From positions 186,001 through 250,000 of the forward strand of contig MU061538.1 of assembly GCA_013265495.1 (NCBI GenBank): a stretch of 64,000 bases of DNA, in the 5' to 3' direction. A model generated the notes under the pieces. That model saw only the letters and a list, made by a program, of their open reading frames with translations. It was not told the DNA's origin and made no database searches. This DNA is from Vicugna vicugna. Taxonomy: Eukaryota. Numbering within the stretch: position 1 is the first letter of the stretch; every line of letters begins with the position of its first letter. The position numbers were made by a program, and so were the translations under genes. Shown piece after piece: positions 48,873 through 59,660 of the stretch.

Positions 48873-51029
48873 GGCCTTGTCTTCTCAGCGGGACTCGGCC
48901 CCTGTTCTGATCCAGTGTTGTTGGCTTCTTCAGAGTTCCCAGGTCCGCCAGACGCCTTTGCAGCTCTGACTCCAGCCGGCATCTGTTTTTGCTCACAGCT
49001 CTTGGCCGTGCATGGAGCCTCGTGTTTTGGGAGGAAGCCGATGGTCTGCTGGGCTGGCCCTGTAGTGTCCCCGGGGTGAGGACCGCAGGCCTGAGAAGAC
49101 AGGGGTGAGAGGCAGCAGCCTGGCGTCCTCGCTGGCCCTCACAGCCGTCTGGGGAAGGGCGAAGCGCCATCTGGGAGCAGAGGGGAGAACGGTGCACCAT
49201 CCCCACCAGGGCAGGCCCAAGGAGCCCGCCATCTGCCTGGCTCGACGAGGAGCATTCCCCTGCTCACCTGTCCTGCGTCTTGTCCCTCGGGCGGCCTGGA
49301 TGCACGCGGTGCTGTGGGCAGAGGTGGGTGGAAGGGTGAGCTCCCGCTTTCCACCTGGGTGGTCTCTCTGCCTAGGGGCGCCTCGTGCCGGCACCCTGCC
49401 TGCCCAGCACACCTGGAGGGCTGGGTGGGCTGAAGTGAACAGGCACATCACCACCACTCCTGGGAGCCCAGCGGGACGCAGGCCACGGCTGGGTAGCGGC
49501 CGGCAGGGCAGTGTCTGGTGCCTGCTTCTCTGCAGCGGCGGTGAGGCTGTCCAGGTGGGAGGGGTGTGGCGGTGCAGCAGCCGCCTGTGTTTCTGCTCAA
49601 GTGCCCTGGGAGCTGCAGGAAGAAGAATGGGGGCCCTGGTGCGCCGTCCCACCCAGACAGCCTGAGAGGCAAGCAGCCACGCTCAGCGGGGCGGTCAGGC
49701 TGCAGGCCAGGCCGTCAGCCCCGGGGTTGCAGGTGGAGCCTTTGGGGGGCTTTGGCCTTTCGCACAGTTATCAGCCAGCCTGAACTCGGCCACGAGGGAG
49801 TCGGGGTGCTGCAGGGACGGCCCTAAGGGCGTTTGTGAAGGACGATTACTTGTCTCAGGGAGGATCCTGTGCTTTAATTATACCTGCAGTTAACAGACGT
49901 GAAAATTCTGACTGATGCTGGTGGCCCTGCTTGTAAATGGCGACGCCAAGACGCAAGCACCAGGGAGGCTGGGAGACGCCGTTATCCCCGGGCCGCTCGC
50001 AGCGTGAAGAGAGGGCAGAGTCATCACGGGGCTGACTGGGAATTACTCATGGGATGTCTGTCCGCAGGAGACTCAACCAGGTTACATTTAATCACACGAA
50101 ACAATCGTCTAGGGCTGTTCCATAGTTAACTCAAGTCTGAGAGTCCTTGGAGAATTCTGTGTCTAACTGAGGGGGTGAGTTTTATCAAAAGCGAACAGGA
50201 GGATCCTGGGGAGCCACCAGAACCCACCTCCCACCCGGACCACAGCTGCACTGGCAGAATCTGTCTGATGGAACTGTTTTGAACTCTGGAGTCTCTTGAA
50301 GGCTTGCAACTTCCGGGAGGATCTTGGATGGTAATTGCAGTTAACTTTGGTCATTCTCAGCTCCTGGCATCTGCCCCCAACCCCGGCCATATGACAGGAG
50401 GCTGTGCATGTTCCCGGAACAGCGAGCACACGCGCTGTGGGAGCTGGGGGTGGTGCAGAGAGGACCCACCCTCCAGATACTGGGCGTCGTGCTCTGATCG
50501 CCGACTGCTGCTTCTGATGGCAGCGGTGCAGGCACAGAGGAGCGGCCTTTCCCGTTGCCCCTCCCCCATTCCACATGCCCTCCCTCTCCAGCTGAAGTGA
50601 CTCCAGGGGATCTAAAGCTTTATTCACCTCTTCATTCTTCACTTTTCCACTTTTGGGAGCCAGGTGTCGAAGACCAGGGTGTTACAAAACAAGTGCGTAG
50701 ACGCGGTTAGAAAGTGCCTGTGTGCCCGAGGAAGGGCTCAAGAAAGGCCTGAGGACGTGTAAGTTTACACCTTAGCTGATCCTCAGCGCAGAGCCCGCTG
50801 ACAACAATCAAAATAATAAAAACAGTGACAAGAAACAGCAAACCCTGGGGAAGGGGGGAGAATCTGATTTCCAGAATTACCACATTATTAGAGTCAAATG
50901 TCCAGTGTTCAATAAAAAAAAATCACAAAGCATACAAAGAAAGGAAAGTATGGCCCAGCCAGAGGATGAAAGTCAACAGGCTCAGTCCTGAAGAAAGCCC
51001 GCTGGCTACAGTATCGCGTGCTTGAAAGC

Positions 51030-51220
51030 TGCTAGGAGAGTGACTCACACGCACCCACACGGAGTTCTGCCCCCGTGTGGGGTGATGGCTCTGAACCTGA
51101 CTTGCTGTGGTGACCATTCCAAAACACATACAAAGACCAAGCCGTTGTGCAATCACCTGAGAATCTAACACAGTGGTGTGTGTCAGCGACACCGCAGTGA
51201 AGATGTCACTGAAAAACACC
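51030..51220 (+). mobile_element. Short L1 3'-UTR fragment nested in the old L1
   Basis: ggtgatgg...gacttgctgtggtgaccattcc..aacacatacaaa..ccaagccgttgtgcaatcacctgagaatctaacacagt resembles a laurasiatherian L1MA-type 3' terminus. Confidence 0.55.
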
Positions 51221-51392
51221 TAGTGGCGAAGATCTTTCAATTAACCTCCAGAGAAAGACTTTGAAGCAGCTGTCTCAAAGGTGCTGACAGGACTAAAGGA
51301 AGATTTGGAGAAGCCAAGAGAACAATATGTGAACAAAGTGGAAATATCAGCAGAGGTAGGGAGCCTAGAAAGAAACCAAAAACAAATTCTAG

Positions 51393-51742
51393 GAAAAAGA
51401 TAAAATCTTCTTTTTGTAACAACATGGACGGACTTTGAGGGTGTTGTGCTAAGTGAAAGAAATCAGGAGAAAGACAAACGCCATGTGATTCAACTCGTAC
51501 GTGGAATATAAAATACAAACAGATAAATGAACAAATCAAACAAAAACAAACAGTAGATACAGACGACAGAGTGGTGGTTACCAGAGGGGGGTTGCAAAAT
51601 GGGTGCAGGGGGTGGCCTGTCTGGTGACGCGGAGACTCAGTTCTTGGTGGTGAGTGTGTGGTGGGGCACGCAGAAACAGAAACGCGATGTTGCACACGTG
51701 AAACTTACATGATGTTATAAACTACTGTTATCTCAATTGAAA
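51393..51742 (+). mobile_element. Younger L1 3' end inserted into ORF1 of the old L1
   Basis: caacatggacggactttgagggtgttgtgctaagtgaaa...gtggttaccagaggg...gttgcacacgtgaaacttacatgatgttata. Flanked by TSD-like aaaaacaaattctag (51378-51392) / aagaagaaattccag (51743-51757). Confidence 0.75.
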
Positions 51743-54700
51743 AAGAAGAAATTCCAGAGCTGAAAAGTACAGCAACTGAAGTGAAAAATTAACTAGAAGG
51801 ATCCAGAGGCAGGTTTGAACAGGCAGGGAAAGGAACAGCGAACTTGAAGACAGGACAGTGGAAGCCGAGTCTGAGGAACGAGAAGAAAAAAGATTGAAGG
51901 AAAGTGCACAGAGCCCCAGCCTGCTGGGGGACGCCGTGGAGCCGACGAGACACGCATTGTGGGAGTCCCAGAGAGAAGAGGGAGACGGAGGGGCAGAGAG
52001 AATGTCTGAAGACGCAACGGCTGAAAACTCCTCAAGTCTGTTGACAGACACGAATGTAGACACCCGAGAAGCTCAGTGGACTCCGGTGCGATGAACGCAG
52101 GGAGACCCACAGCAAGACACAGGGAGGCCAGACTCTCCAAGCCGAACGGTGGGACTTGAGGGCAGTGAGTGAGCAGTGAGTCCTCGCTCACAGCGACCTG
52201 GGATGGCTCACCCACAGACGTCACACAGAAACGGGGAGGTCTGAGGGGTCTGAGGGCAGGGGGCTGACAGAGTAAAAGCGCTACAAGAAAAAAACCCCAG
52301 AATCCTGTATCCAGCAAAAATGTCCTTAAAAAGTGGGGGGTAAATCAAGACGTTCCCAGGTGAACAAAAGCTGGGGGAGTCTGTGGCCCCCGGGCTGCCC
52401 TGCCAGAGATGCTGCGGGGCCTGCAGGGAACGGACACCAGGCAGCTCCTCGAAGCTGCGTGGGAGGAGGGGCCTCGGTCAGGGGGCTCCGTGGGCCGCTG
52501 TACAGGCTGGGATTGGGCCGGTGGCTCACGACTGCACTGTTTCCCACACGATTTAAGAGACTAATACATTTAAAGGAAAAAAAATAGTGCAAAAGCTGGT
52601 ATGACTGCAGCTTTGGCTTCTGACTCCAAGTCTCGCTCTCTGCATCATTTAAAAGACCGGCGCATTTAAAATGATTATTAGCTTGTGTTTTGGGGCACAC
52701 GATGTATGAAGATGTAACTTTGTGACATCAGTGACTGAAAGGTGTGGAGACGGAGGTGGGAGGGAGCGGAACTCTTGCTTGTTGCTGACGCTGGGCTGCT
52801 GTGAATTCAAGTGAGACTGTTACGACTGCAGGTGTTCAAGGTGAACCACGTGGTGTAACACACGGTGTGAACCACGTGTGCTATAGAATACACACAAAAG
52901 GAGATTAAGAAGGAGTTTAAGGATTTCACTACAGAAAATGAACTAAACACAGAAGAAGACAGAGCAGGAAACGAGGCCCAGCGCCACGGGGCCTGCGGCA
53001 GGGGGTCCCGCCTTGTGCACGGCTACTTGGAATGTGAACGGGCTGAACGTTCCCGTCACAAGGCAGGCTGGCAGGATGGATGAAACACGTGTTCCCACTA
53101 TGTGCTGTCTGCAGAGGGTCGCTTGAGACCCAAGGACACAGAGAGGTGGGAGGCCGAGGTGGTGAAAGGCTGATGGCTGCTACAAAAACAAAGACGGAAA
53201 AAAAGAAAGAAAGAAAGGAAAAGGAAGAAAACTGCAAGTGCTGGCAAGGAGGCGAAGAACCTGGAGCGCTGTGCGTTGGCGGTGGGGGTGCAAATTGGCC
53301 CAGCCATTGTGGAGAACAGGATGCAGTTTCCTCAAAAAATTAAGACTTGAACTACCAGCAGTCCCACTCTCGGGTAACTGAGGAAAACAAAAACAATGAT
53401 TCAAAAACATACCTGCACCCCGTGTTGACTGCAGCGTGACTTACAGCAGCTGAAATGTGGAAGCAGCCGCGGAGTACTCCAGTGAGTGAGGGGATAAACA
53501 AGCCCTGGTCCATCCATGCAGTGGAATATTATTCAGCCACGGAAGGAAGGGAATTCTTCACCTGCTACAGCACGGATGGCCCCGAGACACTGTGCTGAGT
53601 GAGTGAAGCCGGCCACAGAAGGACATCCTGCGTGATCAGTCCTTGAGGGCCCAGAGGAGTCGGGTTCAGACACAGCGAGTGGGACGGGGGCGGGGTCTGG
53701 GGAGGGCGTGCTCCGTTTTTATTCCTGACCTCACCACGCGTGCAGAGCACCTCCCAGCAATGGCCTGTGGGTCGGTGGTGGCTGGACAGAACCCGGTGTG
53801 ATCTGGGTGAAATCCAGGCTCATGGTCTGCTCAGCGTTCTCTCCCAATGGGGAGCACCCTAGATCCGGGGATCTGCCGCAGGGTCAGGGTGGGGGGAGGG
53901 GTGGGGGCTATCGGCTGGCGTTTGAGGAGCTCGCCCAGGGCCAGACGCCTGGAGACCCGTCCTGGCCGGCGCGGCCGGTGTGGCACGGGCAGCGCCCTGG
54001 TTTGCGTACAGGACACTCTGTGGTGTGAACTTAAAGCCTGACTCCGAGCAGACGCTTCAGGAGTTGGGAGCAAGCACATCCCGCCTGCATTTGTGGCTGG
54101 AGGGGCGGCCGCCGGGTCTTCTGGTTCATGAGGTGGGTCTCAGCTGCCGGAGAGATGCTGCCCGCCGTGTAGACGGGGACCTCGATCATTCTACACTTCG
54201 GTCTTAATTGAAACCAGAGACCAGAGGTTAATGCAGTTGTGTCATTTTTATCAGATTTGCATCGATGTGCCCCCGTGCACCATTATGACGTCCAGATGGC
54301 TTTGAGTATCAGGGAAATGGACTTAAGTGATTATAAAATGACCCCACCGACTTTATGGCTGTTGTTTTGTTGTGGTGATGTGTGGTGATGTAAAGAGATT
54401 TTTCTGTCAGGTTTTTGAGGAGCCATATGTCGACAAAACAAACAGCAATGCAACAAAATAAAAATAAAACCCAAATTCTGCGCAAACCCTGAGTGTGGAG
54501 ACAGCAGGAAAGCATGAATTTTGGTGACAAATGCCTGCTCTGTCCGTGTAAGCAGTGCATGGGTCCTGCTCCCATTAAAAATGAGATGGGGTCGGTGCAA
54601 AGGTCACCAGGATACTGCCTTCAAAAGAAATGCTGACCAGTCATGCCCGTCCTGTGGGATGCAGTGTCTTGCTTCGGGAGCCACGGCTGAGCTGTCTGGC

Positions 54701-57700
54701 AGTCACGGTGGCTGTGACCACAGAGCCTGGGACAGCATCCGCGGTCCGAGACAGAGGGCAGGTGACAACAGGCGCCAGGTCTCAGCTCTCGATGACGCCA
54801 CCCTTCCTGGGCCTGTTTCTGCAGGACTCTCTGTTTTAGCCATTTCGCATGTTTGAAAGAAATAATACACATAGTCACCATCGCCCCAGCGTGATTCTTT
54901 TATTCTGTTTCAAACAGCTTCTTTATTTTTGGTGAAAATGCTCAAAAGGCCTTTGATTCTGACAGTGAGGGAGGCGGCCCTGTGGGGAACAGCATCTCCC
55001 CTGGCAGAGGGCCCCTCACCCCTGTGGGCCTGGTGACCTGCCCCAGGGTCTCGAGCAGTGCCCCCAGGCTGTCCTCGGCTGGCCCCGGGATGTCCCGCGA
55101 GCAGCCCAGGGGCAGCGTCCAGCCTCCTCTCCTGCCTGGAACGTGGGCAGCTTGGTCCTGCTTGGGGGGAGGCCGAGGCCAGCCTGAGTGTGAGGGGTGC
55201 CTGGGAGGGAACCGCAGGCCCACGCTGCTCACCTTGGACTCCTGGAACCGCCTGGGTAGCCTGAAACTGTCCCCTCCTGGGCTCTTCGCCAGGGGGTCTG
55301 GGTGGTCTGGGTGGGCCCGTGGTGGGGACCTGCCTTCCTGCGAGGGGCCAGGAGGGGAGCCGAGTTCCCTTCTCCCTGGAGCCCTGGGAAGCGGACCCCT
55401 GCCTCCCAGGCCCGCGCCCCCTCCTGCCTGGGGAGGGGTGGGCAGCGAGGGGCAGGTCAGCTGGAAGGTTCACCTGGGCAGGTTCACAGGGGCACCCCTC
55501 CCCGCCCCCATAGCAGGTGCTCAGCTGAGCCTGGGGTTTGGGGTGAAGGCCTCTCCTGGGTGCCATCTTGTGGCCACTTTCTGGTATTGCAGCCTTCCCG
55601 TCCATGCTAGATTCCCACAGAAGTGGGTAGAGTTAATTCCGCCCTAGCGCCTGGAAGAGGGGCTGGAAATCAAGGAAGACTGTCCAGATTAAAGCAGGGG
55701 CTGCTTCCTCCCTCCGAGATGCCATGGCAGGCGGGCCGGGACGGTTCGTGGTGGCACGGGGGCGGCGGCAGGCAAACCTGGAGCTGCGTCCTCTGATGTC
55801 TGTCCCTCGGCTCCTGGCTTGTCGTGGGGACGGAGTCCTGACTGCTCTGGCTGTGTCCCCGCGTCTGTGCAGCCTGTCCGAGAGCTTCAGGTCTTAAAGA
55901 GTCGGGGGAGGAGCCCCCCCGGGGATCACTTCTCTGAGCCCTCACTGCCCTTCCCGGAGAATTCGAAGCTTTGACATTTATCTTCCTCCCAGGAAGAGAA
56001 TTTTCCCTCGTGGTCCAGCTGCCTGTGTCTTACGTCCTCCCTGCGCTGTGGGGCGGGGCACGGCAGGGCAGCGCTGGGCCGTCGGGGTGACCTCTGGGGG
56101 CAGCAGTCGCTGCTCCCGGGCGGCCTGTCCCCTGCCCGCCCCAGACGGGCCTTGGGTTTCTCCTGGTCTCCGGGCTCCTCCGGCTCCTGTGCCCCCAGTG
56201 CTCCCTCGTGTTAGCAGCTGTCGGGGAGCCCCCGAGGGCCGGAGCAGGGAGGGAGGGTGAGGGCAGGAGCCTAGGTGGGGCCGTGGGGGTGTGGGGGAGG
56301 GAGGGGTGGGTCACAGGTGGAGCTGGGCTCCCGCTGCCTCAGGCTGTCCCTGAGGGGCGGGGAGCCGACCTCCGCATGCGGCTGCGATCACACTCCCTGG
56401 TCCAGCTTTACAGGATTCGGCGACTGGGTCATGACCAACACGTTACAGTAATCGCACTGTTTGGGAGGCTCCCCAGTAAGCCAAGAGAAATTGCTCTGAA
56501 AAACAAACTTAATGTGATGAAAATTACATCTGAAGAATTCCAATTCTGAGGTGCAAACTCATCAAAGTAAGAAACCACAGCGTCATTCACCCCTAACGCC
56601 CCCCGGGCAGGAGGCCTGCGTGTTGTCCCTCAGAAGTGCCCAGCCCCCCGAGTTCTGCTCTCACTGGGCTGTCCACGAGGGGGCGGGCATGTCCACCAGG
56701 CTGGGCTGTGGCTCCCCAGGTGGGAGGTGGGCCATGTGTTGAGTCCACCTACCTTGTCGGAGTGACAAGAGGTGTCTCTTGTACACCGAGGTGGCGGCTG
56801 GTGCCTGGGGCCCAGGGTGGCCTCGGGGTGGGGACTGGTCCCAGGAAAGACCAGGGCACGACCAGAGGACTGGCTCTCTCAGCCCCACCTCCGACCTCTG
56901 GCGGGAGAGGGGCTGGAGGGTGGCTAGTTGCCAGTCGCCAGTGACAGCAAAGGACGGAGCGACTGGCGCTCTCATCACCGAGAGGAAGGCGGCACAGCCT
57001 TGATCAGCCGACGCTCAGTTAACCAGGGCGCTGTCTGTTTGCCCAGACAAGCCTGTGACTTCCCACTTGCTCTCCACACGGCTCCCCAGGGCTGCCGTGC
57101 AGCGAGATGTTGTTCATGGAATCAGGATGGAAGGCACTTCTGCTTTGGTTGCTTTGTGTTGACCTTTAAATCCTTGCAGAGCTGAAATTTCATCAGGAAA
57201 CTTTCACGAGTGCAATTAGAAAACTTCTCTGTGGTGTCTTGCCTTAATTACAGGGGACAGAACAGGCTCCGGTCTCGGGAGTCGCCTCCGGGACGGTGGT
57301 GAGGGCAGCTTCTGTTACCGTGGGGCTTACCTAGCGGTCACCGCGTGCAGGACAGTCGGCTCTGTGTTACCAGGAGAGGGGATCCTCGCATCTTCTCACT
57401 CCGTGTTCCGAGGGCGCTGGCGGCAGTAGGGAGGGGCAGCCCCTCCGTCTGGTGGGCCGCTCCCGTGAAGGGGACCTGTTGTCCGGCCCCCGTCCCTGCA
57501 GGGGCGCCGCTGGTCAATGGGGCTTGGCTGTCCTTGTACGCATTCCAGGCTTAAGGATCACCATTCTGTCCACTGACTTTATTTTAAACATGCAGAGACG
57601 TAGCTGTGGCGACTCTGGATGAAGAGAAGTTTCTCTTGTCCACGAACGCACTTCTGTCCCCTCCGAGGGGGCGTCCACCCTCCAGAGCTCGCTCGCGTCC

Positions 57701-59499
57701 GCGGGGCTGGGTGCTGGGGTTTCCTCTGGGTCTGACCGCGAGAACCCCCTTGCTGCATGCACCAGTGCGGCGGGACAACCTCTGAAATTTATCACTGCTC
57801 CTGCAGCCTCAGTTTGCCGGCTTCACTGCCCATGGTCCCAGCAGCTCCGAGACCTCCTACTTCTCCGTGTCGCCTGGGGCCCCCGGTCTCAGGCTGCCAC
57901 CAGCCCTCAAAGCCATGGACTCCTCTGCTTTGAGAGGCTGGTGATGCGGACCCCAGCCGGTCTTCCTCCTTCACCTCCAGGTGGGCGCCGTCAGGGACAC
58001 ACACGCGTCCAGTGATGTTGGACTGGAGGTGGGCGCAGGGCGGCCGGCGCGCGGGATCACCGTGCAGGGCACGTGTGGACGGTCACTGGTGGAGACGGCG
58101 GTGCTCAGCCTGAGTCCCACGGAGACTCACGTTTGCTGTGGCCACTCATCTGCAAGGTCACCCACGTCCTTGGTTTGAAATGTTCTTTTCTCTGAAAATA
58201 TTCAGTCAAGGTTCTTGACAGGAAGTGACAAGCCAGAATAGGGAGCCTTTTCAAACCACGGGTCAGGCGGAGATGCAGTCCTTCTGCGTGCTCCGACTGT
58301 GGGTAAATCGCTCTCATGACCACACCTGCTAGTGTCTGTGCACCAGGCAAGACAGAAGCGCCTCGTCTGGAGGGCCCGCTACGCCCACCTCGGCCCTGGT
58401 CTGCGGGCGGGGTCGCTGCCAGTGCGTCTGCAAGCTCACTGCCGGGCACTGGGCGGGGGGACGCCCACCTTTCCGAACCACGCGAGTCTTCCTCTGCCCT
58501 TCTGCTTGATGGCTGTTTAGAGTGCTGTTTTTTGAACTTCAAATCAAATTTCTGATGCTCTGGCCAGTTAACTCCAAAAGCATTTCTTGGCTTCTCTGTA
58601 GGACGTTAGCGTCTTCGATTCCCTGTGGTCAGTGGGCAGTGAGAGCGGGTGCACTGGCCACGTCCACGCTCAGCCCGGGGCTGGGGTGAGCTCTCCCTGA
58701 GACGCTGGTGCTGGGCGCTCAGGAACCTGCCTTCTCTGAGTCTTTGGAGGAGCAGTGCTGGTTATGTCGTGGCCGTTCCCAGGCCGACGCTGGGCCCGGA
58801 GGGCCCACCACAGGCACGTCTGGGCCTGGAAGAGAAGCGGCCGGTCTGCCTGCCACGCGTGCCTCTGATCACTGTCTTCAGACGAGATACAGAAATACTT
58901 CTTCAAAGCAGTTTAATGAGAATTTTACTCCAGGTCTGCCTTCTGAAGTCTCGCAGGATGTTTAGTTCGGGGGCGTCTTCGCGGGCGTCCTGGCATGTTC
59001 ACACATGTGCGGACGTTCTCTAGCCGGCCAGCCGGCCGGCCGGTGACAGCAAGCGGAGCATCCTGGGCGGGGCTGGCAGGTGGTGTTTGCTGACAAGCTG
59101 CAGGAGAAGCGGACGAGAGAACGTTCCTTCCCCAGAAAAGGGGTTCCCTTCCACCGCGACTGCCCGGGGAGCGGGGGCTGGGAGGAGGGGAGGGCTCTGC
59201 GGGCGGTGCGGGTCCACCTGCTTCGGGGCAGCCCCCGCCCCCTGCCCAGGCCTGACCCGGGAGCAGACTCCAGCCCGAGGGTCTGAGGTCCGGGCCGGGC
59301 GCTGTCCTCCTGGGTCGCGGCCCGGTTCCTTGTCCTTCTCTGACCCCATGTGGTTTCTGTCCCTCCCGCCCCCTGGGGACGTCCTGGGAAGGCAGTGCTG
59401 GCACCGCCTGCGTTAGGACCTGCCCCTCACAGCCGTGTCCCTCTGGCCAGTGTGGGTCTGTTCATTGTCGCCCTGTTGTAACCGGTCTTTGGACCTGGC

Positions 59500-59660
59500 G
59501 TTGCCCCTACGCCGCGCGGCCTCTGAACCTGTGCCGCCCTGGCTTCCCTCCTGGGTGATGCCCCCCCCCATGCCCTCCTTCCCTCCTGACTTGCTCTCAA
59601 CAAGTATTTATGGCGCAAACGCTGACTTGCTAAGCCCTGTCCCAGCCTCTGGCCGTCCTG
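59500..59660. mobile_element. LINE-2 relic(s)
   Basis: ctcaacaagtatttatggcgc...gctaagccctgtcccag resembles ttcaacaaatatttattgagcacctactatgtgccaggcactgtgctag. Confidence 0.4.

Larger units (their letters stand above)
50190..53700 (+). mobile_element. Old L1 (L1M4/L1MB-like) with 5' region, ORF1, inter-ORF, ORF2 start and ORF2 end; most of ORF2 is missing
   Basis: 5'-end motif gctgcactggcagaatctgtctgatg. ORF1 remnants (gagctgaaaagtacagcaactgaagtgaaaaatt...; cccagaatcctgtatccagcaaaaatgtcctt). The endonuclease start at about 53025 (tggaatgtgaacgggctgaac...tatgtgctgtctgcagag) jumps at about 53225 to the ORF2 C-terminus (aagtgctggcaagg...ggaatattattcagcc). Confidence 0.8.
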
